Source: an uncultured virus (IMG/VR IMGVR_UViG_3300010885_067605) (taxonomy: Duplodnaviria > Heunggongvirae > Uroviricota > Caudoviricetes). From it: 20,000 bases of DNA. Position numbers and translations under genes: made by a program. The notes under the pieces are model-generated. The model was not told where the DNA came from. It was given only the letters and a program-made list of their open reading frames with translations, and did not search any database. The stretch lies in the IMG/VR virus record IMGVR_UViG_3300010885_067605; one strand, written 5' to 3'. The first letter of the stretch is position 1. The number at the start of each line of letters is the position of its first letter. Below are positions 1 through 8,680 of the stretch, piece after piece.

Positions 1-64
1 TCAATTTGAAACAGGTAGTTATGCTGATAAGATATTTGGGGGAGAAGGTACTCCACCGTCTTAA
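1..64 (+). CDS. 3' end of a CDS entering from the left (…QFETGSYADKIFGGEGTPPS*)
   Basis: Open frame from base 2 to TAA at 62-64, same orientation as the following genes. Confidence 0.5.
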   Translation, partial: QFETGSYADKIFGGEGTPPS

Positions 65-104
65 TAGCATAAAGAGACACTTCAACAATTGGAGTCGAAA
101 CGCG

Positions 105-365
105 ATGAGTAATAATGAGAAGATATTGGTGGAGCAAGAAACGGCAGCTGGAGATGGATACGCTAGTATGTTTGCCCAAGCTACAGCTGAAAAGTTTAAG
201 GCATTAGCTAGTTTAAGATTGCTAATGCAACATCCAGCTGGTATAGGTGACCACTCTACAGCTGATTATCACAGAAATTTGGACGAGGCTTTGGTTCAGC
301 TGGTTGATGCGGACGACAAATTAGCGACTTTAGAAAAATACTTCAGAGTCATAACCTCGACTTGA
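105..365 (+). CDS. Conserved phage hypothetical protein with HPAGIG(D/E)H motif
   Basis: GGAG at 91-94 precedes ATG 105, a better start than the TTG at 6; LMQHPAGIGDHS…LATLEKYF resembles a small helical family of T4-like phages. Confidence 0.7.
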   Translation: MSNNEKILVEQETAAGDGYASMFAQATAEKFKALASLRLLMQHPAGIGDHSTADYHRNLDEALVQLVDADDKLATLEKYFRVITST

Positions 366-382
366 ATAAACCTGGAGGTTAG

Positions 383-1399
383 ATGTTAGACCCAGCATGC
401 GAAGGGCCATTGGTAGACACAGAGAGACTCAAGTCTATAATTGGCCGTCTTGAACATACATTAGCTGAATTGAAGGATTTAGCTAATCTTTCTGCTGTAG
501 TGAAGCCTAACCAGTCGAAGTCTACCAACGCCAAATTACCCAATTTATCAGCCTTTAGTGTGTCCTCTGCACAGCTAGGTCCTATACCTGATTATACATC
601 CGCAGAATGGCCAGAAGCTATAGATGAGGCCATGATTATCGACAAGAATAGTAAAGCAGAACAAAAATATAGAGCTTTGCAAATAATTAATCATATTAAA
701 GAAACAGTAAGAAATAAGAAGATATTGGATTTTGGGTGTGGTAATGGATATGTAGCAGCTGAAGCTGCATTTACAGCTAGATTAGTAGTTGGTTATGACG
801 TCCGAAAAGATCCTATGTGGGACAATCATGGGTATTTGCCCGATATTGCGAGTAGTGGAAGGTTAACTAACCAACCATATACACTTGATTTAACTACAGA
901 CATAAATAAGCTAAAAGAACATGCCCCATTCGACCTTATCATATTATATGATGTATTGGATCATGTAGTAGCGTCTACACCTCTAGAGGTGATCAAGACG
1001 GTAAGGAGTCTATTAGCTGATGATGGATGTATATTTATCCGGACTCATCCATGGACTAGTAGAACCGGTGGCCACATTTACGAGCAGTATAATAAAGCAT
1101 ATTTGCATTTGGCTTTAACACCAGATGAGATGGTTAAAGTAGGCATAGATGTTGATGCTAATAGTAAGATCGTCAGACCTATAGCAGCGTATGAACTATG
1201 GTTTAAAGAGGCCGGTTTGACAGTGACCGATAGAAAAGCTAAGACAAATATGGTCGAACCATTCTTTGATGGCTCATTATTAGATAGAATCATTAAAATA
1301 AATTGGGGTAATAAAATAGATCGTGACACAGCACGAAAAATCATGAGTAATCATTTAATAGATTATAAGCTCAAGATCGGCCCGAATCAAATCGGGTGA
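383..1399 (+). CDS. Class I SAM-dependent methyltransferase with N-terminal extension
   Basis: Motif I ILDFGCGNG, VVGYD, FDLIILYDVLDHV, LLADDGCIFIRTHPW; GGAGG SD upstream. Confidence 0.85.
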   Translation: MLDPACEGPLVDTERLKSIIGRLEHTLAELKDLANLSAVVKPNQSKSTNAKLPNLSAFSVSSAQLGPIPDYTSAEWPEAIDEAMIIDKNSKAEQKYRALQIINHIKETVRNKKILDFGCGNGYVAAEAAFTARLVVGYDVRKDPMWDNHGYLPDIASSGRLTNQPYTLDLTTDINKLKEHAPFDLIILYDVLDHVVASTPLEVIKTVRSLLADDGCIFIRTHPWTSRTGGHIYEQYNKAYLHLALTPDEMVKVGIDVDANSKIVRPIAAYELWFKEAGLTVTDRKAKTNMVEPFFDGSLLDRIIKINWGNKIDRDTARKIMSNHLIDYKLKIGPNQIG

Positions 1400-1463
1400 T
1401 ATAATATTGATCTGGATTTAATGTCGATCGTTAGGGCCTCCCTTTCACTGAGGAGAATGTACG

Positions 1464-1679
1464 ATGGATACACGAGACGGAAGTATCCGGCCTCTGCGAG
1501 CAATCGAAGAGGCTGATGAGATAGACAGGCCATATATGCGAGAGATGGCTCACGCCCCAACGCCTTTACAGCGCGAAAGCGGGCGAGTTAAAAGAAATGA
1601 CTCATGCCCTTGCGGCTCACGAAAGAAGTTTAAACGATGCTGCTTGTTTACGAAAAACCAGCAGGCTTCGTTTAAGTAA
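1464..1679 (+). CDS. SEC-C motif (zinc-binding) protein
   Basis: VKRNDSCPCGSRKKFKRCC matches SEC-C; AGGAG SD. Confidence 0.85.
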   Translation: MDTRDGSIRPLRAIEEADEIDRPYMREMAHAPTPLQRESGRVKRNDSCPCGSRKKFKRCCLFTKNQQASFK

Positions 1680-1722
1680 ATCGTGATTCAGTTGGGTACA
1701 AGATTTACTTATTGAGGTGTCT

Positions 1723-1944
1723 ATGTCGAATCAGTTTTTAATATGTTCATTCGTTACTGGCTTAGCTTGTGTCTTCAGTAGTGCCATCTTGTGCTACAAC
1801 AATCGATCAGATTGGTATTGGTTTTTATTGGCGGGCGTGATGATCCATTTTAGTACAATGAGTTTGCATATATCCAGTGAATTAATCCCACTCTTACAAC
1901 CGTTCGTGAATCATAAGATGCAGGCAGAAGTAGAAGTGAAATAG
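1723..1944 (+). CDS. Small membrane protein (2 predicted TM segments)
   Basis: Two hydrophobic stretches; GAGG upstream; start could be GTG 1717. Confidence 0.55.
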   Translation: MSNQFLICSFVTGLACVFSSAILCYNNRSDWYWFLLAGVMIHFSTMSLHISSELIPLLQPFVNHKMQAEVEVK

Positions 1945-1999
1945 CTGGTGGAATTCACCATAAATAGAGTACTGCAACAGGATAATATTCTGTAGTCCC

Positions 2000-2251
2000 A
2001 TGGCTAAGAAAAGAAGCAAAAAGGTCGTACGTCATACGTCGCCTAAGAAATGTAAACAATGTGGTGTGAATCCATGTGCGGAATTGTGGGCTATATGTGA
2101 TTCATGTGCTAAGAAAAATATCGAGTATGAAAAGCAGATAGACAAAAATAGGTGTTCTTCTATGACCCGATGGCCAGAGATCAATATCTTGAGCGGCCTT
2201 CCTTTGAGGCGACCGCGTGGCAAGAATAGAAACGGAGAGACCGCTGGATGA
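2000..2251 (+). CDS. Small basic Zn-ribbon-like protein
   Basis: CKQC…C…CDSC; ATGA overlap with next gene. Confidence 0.6.
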   Translation: MAKKRSKKVVRHTSPKKCKQCGVNPCAELWAICDSCAKKNIEYEKQIDKNRCSSMTRWPEINILSGLPLRRPRGKNRNGETAG

Positions 2252-2583
2252 ATACTATTATTCCATATTGGGATAATGATAGTGGTACCTGGGTATTCGA
2301 TGAACCTAACGTAGGACTGATCAAGGAACCATTCGTATTGGGCATACCGGAGATGATCGAGGAATTAGTTAAGGACATACCTGATGCGAAAGATGGGTTT
2401 AAGCTAAGCTTTTCTTCTAGTTCTATATCTGACCGGGACTACGTGCTTTCTAAGCTCCAAGCTGATATGGGTGGTTGGTGGTATCAAGATAAGGCTGGTC
2501 GTAAAGGTTGGTTGTGCCCAGCGATGTTTCTATTCTTTACTGAAGCACCAGAACTCATACATGTCAAGGTAGACACACTATGA
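2248..2583 (+). CDS. DUF6717-like protein
   Basis: TWVFDE…LIKEPFVLGIPEMI…GFKLSFS…GGWWY…GWLCPAMFLFF…APELIHV pattern recognised from this family. Confidence 0.75.
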   Translation: MNTIIPYWDNDSGTWVFDEPNVGLIKEPFVLGIPEMIEELVKDIPDAKDGFKLSFSSSSISDRDYVLSKLQADMGGWWYQDKAGRKGWLCPAMFLFFTEAPELIHVKVDTL

Positions 2584-3638
2584 AATTCAATGAATATCAT
2601 GATATCTGGTCGATATCTAAAAGATCAGGCATGACTAAAGCCAATAATTTCACTGACAGAGAGCAATTATATTCTTTTCTATCTAGAAATATGACTGACC
2701 AGTTAAGTAGACGTCATCTATATTTCGATCAATGGTGGCACCGTTTGCAATGCCCATATTACGATATATACCCTAGTATCATTCCAATGCTTGTAAAAAT
2801 CAATTTGGATATTTCTGGCGAGCACATTATCGACACATATATCCAAAATCGTGAAGAAGCTGACAGTGTAATGTCTAAAGTAAATCATGATCTTAGACAT
2901 CTAAAAGGGTTAGCAGATTGGCTAAATATAGATAGACAGATTAATCAATATTTTTGTAGTAGCACATTTTTGCCTCACTTATTAATCAGATTGCCTGAAT
3001 GTGACCATCAGTTATGCTTTACTGATCCAGCATATGGCAAAGTCCATGTCAAAACGATATTCATGTCTTTTCAGCCAGTCAATATGAAATGTGTGCCTAA
3101 TCATGGTGACCAGCTAATATATGGAGTGACTATAGGTATTGACATAGGGGAGAAAATAGGGATGGGACTCTCCACTACTGGCGTGCCTACTTACTTAATG
3201 AACTGTATCCCACTCAGAGATCAATCGCTGATTAATGCGATAGATCTTTTACCAGAGCATGATTCAGCACAGGAGGGTGTACACATACCTAAACATACTA
3301 TAACAGACTGTGTTAAATTATGCATGACAGTCAGGTTAATCAAGGATGACCATGATTTAATTCAGCCAGATGTCATCTCTGCAGATCGCTCAAGATACGA
3401 AACAGCGGGCGCCATGCTAAAATCATTGCTGGTAAATAAAGCCATTAGGCGTGGCAAGAATGGATATAGGATAGGACATCTATTAGATAACAGTAATATG
3501 TCTCCTCATCTACGTAGACCACACCCTGCTCTGGTATGGACGGGGGAAGGTCGTAGAATACCACGGATCATCACTAGGAAAGGATCAGTGGTGCATAAAG
3601 ATAAAATCAACCAGATACCTACAGGTTATATGGGGTGA
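2580..3638 (+). CDS. Phage hypothetical protein with C-terminal SPHxRRxH…WTG motif
   Basis: 352-aa ORF, ATGA-coupled to upstream gene; C-terminal SPHLRRPHPALVWTGEGRRIPR motif typical of a widespread phage family. Confidence 0.7.
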   Translation: MKFNEYHDIWSISKRSGMTKANNFTDREQLYSFLSRNMTDQLSRRHLYFDQWWHRLQCPYYDIYPSIIPMLVKINLDISGEHIIDTYIQNREEADSVMSKVNHDLRHLKGLADWLNIDRQINQYFCSSTFLPHLLIRLPECDHQLCFTDPAYGKVHVKTIFMSFQPVNMKCVPNHGDQLIYGVTIGIDIGEKIGMGLSTTGVPTYLMNCIPLRDQSLINAIDLLPEHDSAQEGVHIPKHTITDCVKLCMTVRLIKDDHDLIQPDVISADRSRYETAGAMLKSLLVNKAIRRGKNGYRIGHLLDNSNMSPHLRRPHPALVWTGEGRRIPRIITRKGSVVHKDKINQIPTGYMG

Positions 3639-3661
3639 AATCGATATCAGATAGTTCTGGG

Positions 3662-3746
3662 GGACAGGTGGCAGAGTGGTTGAATGCACCGGTCTTGAAA
3701 ACCGGCGAGCCTCACGGCTCCGGGGGTTCGAATCCCTCCCTGTCCG
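3662..3746 (+). tRNA. trnS: tRNA-Ser (anticodon TGA), type II, no encoded CCA
   Basis: Acceptor GGACAGG/CCTGTCC, anticodon arm CCGGT-CTTGAAA-ACCGG, long variable arm GAGCC-TCAC-GGCTC, T loop TTCGAAT, discriminator G. Confidence 0.96.
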
Positions 3747-3762
3747 TTTTACCATGCCTGCG

Positions 3763-3785
3763 ACTAGTTCGTTGAGCTGGTCTTA
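3763..3785 (+). terminator. Possible weak hairpin/terminator after tRNA-Ser
   Basis: GACTAGTTC-GTT-GAGCTGGTC stem with G-U pairs, followed by only a short T-rich tail. Confidence 0.3.
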
Positions 3786-3840
3786 TGTGTATTTAAAATG
3801 TGTTTGGTTGGTTAAGGATTCTTTCACAAAGGGAGTAGTT

Positions 3841-4341
3841 ATGAAGTTCGTAGTCGCAGCAGCGGTAGCTTTGTCATTGGTAGGAATCACACGTGCCGAT
3901 GAATTAAGCATTCCTGATAATACCAAGAGCGTCCTTGTTTCACAGGTCGTAAATGTGCAGCCAACCGCTTTGCCGGTTAGCTCGACTACATTGGCTACAC
4001 CAAGAGTGATTACGGTGGCTCAGCCGATTATGCCCACTTATGGCAGTGCCAGTAGTGTGACATATAAGAACCGTAAGCGTATCGCTCCCGGAGCGGCACT
4101 GTCTGCAGCCGGTGTCAACTTGACCAGGACAGAATTAGATGCTTGCTGCCAGAAAGTTACTAACGCATCGACTGCTTATGTAGCTATTTGTGCTCCTGCT
4201 TGCCCGACTAAGCAAGATGTCAGGACCACTCGTAATGGTGGGCGAGTAGTGTATGATTACGGTCGGTATGAGGCGGTGGTTACTGATAAGAAGGATGGCA
4301 ATGTTGAAGTGAAATATCGTAAGCGGCTTCTTGACCGCTGA
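3841..4341 (+). CDS. Secreted protein resembling a Planctomycetota-type family
   Basis: GGGAG SD then ATG 3841; signal peptide MKFVVAAAVALSLVGITRA-DE; C-terminal ICAPAC…RNGGRVVYDYGRYEAVVT…VEVKY. Confidence 0.75.
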   Translation: MKFVVAAAVALSLVGITRADELSIPDNTKSVLVSQVVNVQPTALPVSSTTLATPRVITVAQPIMPTYGSASSVTYKNRKRIAPGAALSAAGVNLTRTELDACCQKVTNASTAYVAICAPACPTKQDVRTTRNGGRVVYDYGRYEAVVTDKKDGNVEVKYRKRLLDR

Positions 4342-4358
4342 ATGCTGAATAATATGAC

Positions 4359-4402
4359 TCATCTGCCCCTCCATAGTATTTATTCTATGGAGGGGCAGAT
4401 GA
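4359..4402. repeat. Perfect 18-bp inverted repeat (hairpin, 8-nt loop)
   Basis: TCATCTGCCCCTCCATAG (4359-4376) / CTATGGAGGGGCAGATGA (4385-4402). Confidence 0.9.
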
Positions 4403-4419
4403 CAAAGGGTGAAGTTATC

Positions 4420-4650
4420 ATGAAGAAAATAGCTGCAAAACGACTGCCATGGGTGTCGATCACCGACCGCAAGCCTGATCGGCTCTCCTCCGTCCTCGTC
4501 TGGACGCGGCGCAAGACTTGGTACAAGGCAACATTTGAGGACGGTAAATTTTGGTTGTGCTTTGGGCGCGGTGTAATCGACGATATCACCCACTGGTGCT
4601 ATGTTACTGATCCTGTAGATCAGCATATTAAAGAGTCTGCCGCAAGTTAG
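4420..4650 (+). CDS. DUF551-like small phage protein
   Basis: WVSITDRKP…VLVW…ITHW pattern; ATG 4420 lies downstream of the hairpin. Confidence 0.65.
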   Translation: MKKIAAKRLPWVSITDRKPDRLSSVLVWTRRKTWYKATFEDGKFWLCFGRGVIDDITHWCYVTDPVDQHIKESAAS

Positions 4651-4663
4651 ACACAAAATATAC

Positions 4664-5362
4664 TTACAGATCTGACAGTGGGTCAGGCAGATCTGCCCAC
4701 AGATCTGCCCATGGATCTGGAAGATTATCCATAGAATATTGTTTTTCTATTTTAACTGGATCTATATCTTTTGCCGCCCAAAAATCATGGCCGATCTTTG
4801 CAAAATTCCAACCGGCTGGCAAATACTTTTTTAATAATGTCTTATATAATCTAATCCTGCTATCCTCGAGTGCTGTTAGATTAAAGGCGATTGGGTTCAT
4901 AGCATTAGCCCACTGCTTAATAGCATGTAGCACGGTAGCAAAGACAGTATTGGCATTGCCAGTACCTGTGATCTGATATGTAGCCCATTCGACTTCTTCG
5001 TAGGTTAAGTAGAAAGAAATCTCCCACACTGGGCTTTCTGAATCTACCCTCATTATATCTATATCGTATACATAGCTTTGATTTTTAGTCGGATCATCAA
5101 TGTAGAATCTTCCTTTCCAGAAATCTTCTGTGGAGGTAATCCACTTTATATCGACTGGTTTTTCTAATGCCTCCTGAATATTCTTAACAGCAGACTCTAT
5201 ATCATCACCCCATGTGTGCATATCATCATATGTTTTTTTATCAATAGTGCTATTACGCTTAGAGCGAGATATACCCTTTCGTTTACGGCGATTGATATTT
5301 TTAAAGAGCCCATCTGCCTCCAATATAGACAGGTCGATATCCAATAATCGTTCAAATTTCAT
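4664..5362 (-). CDS. Hypothetical protein, probably virion-associated (late)
   Basis: N-terminal MKFERLL…ILEA propeptide-like segment, basic patch, domain WEISF…ITGTGNA…VFATV…SRIRLY typical of large-phage head proteins; GAGG SD. Confidence 0.65.
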   Translation of the reverse strand: MKFERLLDIDLSILEADGLFKNINRRKRKGISRSKRNSTIDKKTYDDMHTWGDDIESAVKNIQEALEKPVDIKWITSTEDFWKGRFYIDDPTKNQSYVYDIDIMRVDSESPVWEISFYLTYEEVEWATYQITGTGNANTVFATVLHAIKQWANAMNPIAFNLTALEDSRIRLYKTLLKKYLPAGWNFAKIGHDFWAAKDIDPVKIEKQYSMDNLPDPWADLWADLPDPLSDL

Positions 5363-5375
5363 GACGATTCCTCTA

Positions 5376-5729
5376 TCACTCTGGAAATATATCTTCTAAT
5401 ATGGCATCCAGAGCCCTGTTAAAGGATTCACAGTCCCATCGATTAAGTGATTTGCATATGGCTTTATCCGGATCTTTTCTACAATCTATGTTATGCATTC
5501 TTTTCTGCCCGCCCATTCTGCTGCAGAAAGATTTACGACGTTTTGCTGACTTGGGAGATTTTGATGCTTGTTTTTTAGAAACTGGCTTTTTCAGTTTATG
5601 GCCTTTGCTGTTGTAGTGGGCACGACCACGGTCATTTAGCCCCCCAGCTTTACTCTGATACTTTTTAGCGACCCCTTCTTGGGTAAGATAGGGCGTAACA
5701 CATTGCTGCTCGTCTTCAGGCCTTAACAT
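5376..5729 (-). CDS. DUF6321-like basic protein of T4-like phages
   Basis: GGLNDRGRAHYN…LKKPV…AKRRKSFCSRMGG…DPD…SLNRWDC; GGAG SD. Confidence 0.8.
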   Translation of the reverse strand: MLRPEDEQQCVTPYLTQEGVAKKYQSKAGGLNDRGRAHYNSKGHKLKKPVSKKQASKSPKSAKRRKSFCSRMGGQKRMHNIDCRKDPDKAICKSLNRWDCESFNRALDAILEDIFPE

Positions 5730-5750
5730 ATACTAGTACTCCGTGGTTAA

Positions 5751-5822
5751 AGTATATTTGATACCAATATCGTCTATGGGGTGTGAGCAAGTCGGTTATC
5801 TTCATCGTTCAAATATTATAAT
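5751..5822. promoter_or_regulatory. Divergent CAAATAT(A) putative phage late promoters
   Basis: CAAATATA on - strand (5760-5753) upstream of ATG 5729 and CAAATAT on + strand (5810-5816) upstream of ATG 5837; reminiscent of T4 TATAAATA. Confidence 0.45.
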
Positions 5823-5836
5823 AGGAGTCATTAGAG

Positions 5837-6607
5837 ATGATTAAGAGACTGATATCCGGTTGTATGATGCTGCTGGTATCTGCTAGCTTATATGCTGGGA
5901 CTATAGATCCTAATACTCCAGATGTCAAATATGTAGAATATGGGGCTGAGTTTAAACACGTAGTCCAAATAGTCGGTATAAAAGATGATGGTTCCGCATA
6001 TTCTGGATCAGCGGTAGCATATAAGAGAAATATAATTATTACTGCTGCACATTTATTCACGAATCACCAGTCGGCCGCTGTCGTATTCGATCAGAAAACG
6101 CTGATCATAACAAAAGTAATAAAATATAAATATTTTGACCCTAAGCAAAAAGGTAAACATGACATAGCAATGTGCTTGGTACAAGGTGACTTCGGGTTAA
6201 GCTGGTATCCTACCATTTATACAGGTCAACGAGAAAGTGGTTCGATATGTTCCTTAGCAGGATATGGCTGTACTGGGACATTTAACACTGGCGTGATCGA
6301 AGAATTAGGATGTTCTAAAAGAGCCGGGTCTAACACTATAGATTATGTTAGTGATCGTATAATTTATTGTTCTCCTTCGATTCATATTAAACGCACAGAA
6401 CTAGAATTCATGACAGCTATAGGTGATAGTGGAGGTGGATTATTCATAGGTAATGAATTAGCTGGTATCCACTCTGGAATACAGGATAACGGTAAACCAG
6501 GTAAATCGAGGTATGGATCGGTTAGTATGCATACCAGAGTGAGTGCTTATCAAGATTGGATTAATGCTACTACTATACGATTAATCCAAGAAGAGTGGGA
6601 CGAGTAG
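5837..6607 (+). CDS. Trypsin-like serine protease (S1) with signal peptide
   Basis: Catalytic triad motifs ITAAH, HDIA, GDSGGGL; N-terminal hydrophobic signal; AGGAG SD. Confidence 0.92.
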   Translation: MIKRLISGCMMLLVSASLYAGTIDPNTPDVKYVEYGAEFKHVVQIVGIKDDGSAYSGSAVAYKRNIIITAAHLFTNHQSAAVVFDQKTLIITKVIKYKYFDPKQKGKHDIAMCLVQGDFGLSWYPTIYTGQRESGSICSLAGYGCTGTFNTGVIEELGCSKRAGSNTIDYVSDRIIYCSPSIHIKRTELEFMTAIGDSGGGLFIGNELAGIHSGIQDNGKPGKSRYGSVSMHTRVSAYQDWINATTIRLIQEEWDE

Positions 6608-6640
6608 ATATGTTTATTTTGCCATCAAAAAGGGAGAAAC

Positions 6641-6829
6641 ATGGCCAGATTGGATTATGTTAACTTGCCTGAGAACATAAAGGATAGTTACAAGAGCAAG
6701 GAAATATATAAGATTACCAAACAATCAGCTACCATAATATCAGTATACCTAACTAATCACCAAAAGAAAAATTGGCGTAAAAGGGGTCAGAATTGGGAAC
6801 CGCTCAACAGCGATGCTGAGAATGAATAA
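6641..6829 (+). CDS. Hypothetical protein
   Basis: GGGAG SD, 62-aa ORF filling the gap. Confidence 0.55.
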   Translation: MARLDYVNLPENIKDSYKSKEIYKITKQSATIISVYLTNHQKKNWRKRGQNWEPLNSDAENE

Positions 6830-6856
6830 TATCAGGTCGTCCGCCTTGATCATATC

Positions 6857-7486
6857 TTGAGATTATACACTTGTTATTCCGATTCTCATAAAATACTATT
6901 CGATAAATATTTTTACCCATCATTGCCAGATGGGGTAAGTCTAGACGTTACCCATATTGACCAAAAAGGCAGCGGGTCATATAAAGACATAGGATGGCGG
7001 GCATGTATGATGGAAAAGATAAAAATCATACGTAGGGCACTAGAAGAAACTGACTGTTTCATTTGGTCAGATTGTGATGTGTTGTTTTTTGGGCCTATGA
7101 CCAAACATCTCCTATTAGAACTCGGTGACTACGACATAGCTTGCCAATATGACAGCAGGGGCATGTATTGTGCTGGTTTCTTCATATGCAGATCTTCTAA
7201 TAGTACGAAGAATTTATTTAGAGACATCTATGAGATAATGGAGAAGGACCATGACACACATGATGATGACCAAGATATTCTGAATAAACTGATAGCCAAC
7301 AGCAACGGCAAATTCTTGTCTGATAGGTTTTGGACAGTAGGGTTATATTTAGAGAATAATGGATATTCAATGCCTTGGGCTAACCAAACCATAGAGATTC
7401 CTAAAGATATTTTAGTATTTCATGCGAACTGGACCATTGGAATAGAAAACAAAATCAAATTACTAGAAATGGCGTTGAACAGATGA
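6857..7486 (+). CDS. Nucleotide-diphospho-sugar transferase (GT77-like, GT-A fold)
   Basis: DxD motif WSDCDVLFF, CAGFF, DDQDILN, FHANW. Confidence 0.85.
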   Translation: MRLYTCYSDSHKILFDKYFYPSLPDGVSLDVTHIDQKGSGSYKDIGWRACMMEKIKIIRRALEETDCFIWSDCDVLFFGPMTKHLLLELGDYDIACQYDSRGMYCAGFFICRSSNSTKNLFRDIYEIMEKDHDTHDDDQDILNKLIANSNGKFLSDRFWTVGLYLENNGYSMPWANQTIEIPKDILVFHANWTIGIENKIKLLEMALNR

Positions 7487-7699
7487 GTACATTCGAGTTC
7501 GATAATCATGAGAAATTAGACTGGAGAGAATTCTGTGTCTTTACATGAGGTAGATATACCAAATATTAAACAAATATTAAAGGCGATAGATGATAGAACG
7601 TATAACCAAATGATCAATAAAGCGAAAGAAATATATGAAAAATATTTTACATTGGACGCAGTTTGTAAGAATATAGCATCTAGACTAGTGAGTGAATGA
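7483..7699 (+). pseudogene. Internally deleted, frameshifted exostosin (GT47)-like remnant
   Basis: ATGA-coupled start MSTFEFDNHEKLDWREFCV, frameshift near 7540, then LHEVDIPNIKQILKAIDDRTYNQMINKAKEIYEKYFTLDAVCKNI, resembling an exostosin-family C-terminus. Confidence 0.65.
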
Positions 7700-8405
7700 T
7701 ATGCTACATCATATCTATGAACAAATCATCATAATACCATACCGTAACAGAAAAGCACACTTAGACATTTTCATCAATAATGCGGTTCCGTTATTTAGGA
7801 AATATCTATCGCCATTTAAAGTAGTAGTAGTAGAACAATCAGATGATGGCCGTTTATTCAACCGGGGCAAGATACTTAACGTCGGGTTTAATGAATACAA
7901 GGATAAAACTAAACATATCTTTACACATGATGTAGACATATGTCCAAAAGACCGATGTGTAAGCCAATTATATAACAAGATCTATTCAACTGACATTATG
8001 GGGATTTACACATCTTATTGGGACACGCTTGGTGGGATTATCAGATTAGATGTAGACACATTTGAGCATATTAATGGTTACCCCAATACGTATTGGGGAT
8101 GGGGGGCAGAGGATAAGGCTTTGCAAAACCGCGCTGAAACATATGGCAAGACGATATCCAAGAATATGTTAAGCAATGATCCTAATCGCTACGATTATTT
8201 TACTATATATGATGATATTAAAGATAATGTACATAACGACGATTTTGAATTTAGACAAATGTTTGAATACGAATTTTTCCAGCAGCTGGGGCATGACAGT
8301 AAAGTACGTTGTTGCCGGTCATCAGGATTAAACAATCTGGAGTACACGGTCATTGATCGATATGATTTGGATATAGATGTAGATTATATTATGGTTAAGA
8401 TTTAG
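7692..8405 (+). CDS. Beta-1,4-galactosyltransferase-like glycosyltransferase (GT7)
   Basis: IIIPYRNR, FNRGKILNVGF, HDVD, GG, INGYPNTYWGWGAED hallmark motifs. Confidence 0.92.
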   Translation: MNDMLHHIYEQIIIIPYRNRKAHLDIFINNAVPLFRKYLSPFKVVVVEQSDDGRLFNRGKILNVGFNEYKDKTKHIFTHDVDICPKDRCVSQLYNKIYSTDIMGIYTSYWDTLGGIIRLDVDTFEHINGYPNTYWGWGAEDKALQNRAETYGKTISKNMLSNDPNRYDYFTIYDDIKDNVHNDDFEFRQMFEYEFFQQLGHDSKVRCCRSSGLNNLEYTVIDRYDLDIDVDYIMVKI

Positions 8406-8475
8406 GTCGAATTAACAATAGGCATTTTATGTGCAACATTAATAATTCTGGTTGATGGTACATCGGATGGTCGAT

Positions 8476-8652
8476 ATGGAGAAGCGACGAATGAGGCGAA
8501 AAGAAGCGGTAATTGGATTAATGATTAGCGTTGCATGCATTGTCGCCGCGTCATTTTTTCATCAGCGTAATGAACCGTCTTGGATGTTGAGTTTTACTTC
8601 GTTTGCGTTTGTTAATTTCGTATTTGCTTTGCTTGATTGGAAAGCTAAGTAA
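8476..8652 (+). CDS. Small 2-TM membrane protein
   Basis: Basic N-terminus plus two hydrophobic helices; start uncertain (8452-8491). Confidence 0.55.
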   Translation: MEKRRMRRKEAVIGLMISVACIVAASFFHQRNEPSWMLSFTSFAFVNFVFALLDWKAK

Positions 8653-8680
8653 TACCTCGGGCACATAGGAGAAATATCAT

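Noticed and set aside
3676..3840. N-terminal extension of ORF 3676..4341
   Set aside because: It is translated tRNA-Ser and spacer; the SD and signal peptide indicate start at 3841
4342..4419. 5' extension of ORF 4342..4650
   Set aside because: It merely reads through the 18-bp hairpin; the DUF551-like pattern starts after ATG 4420
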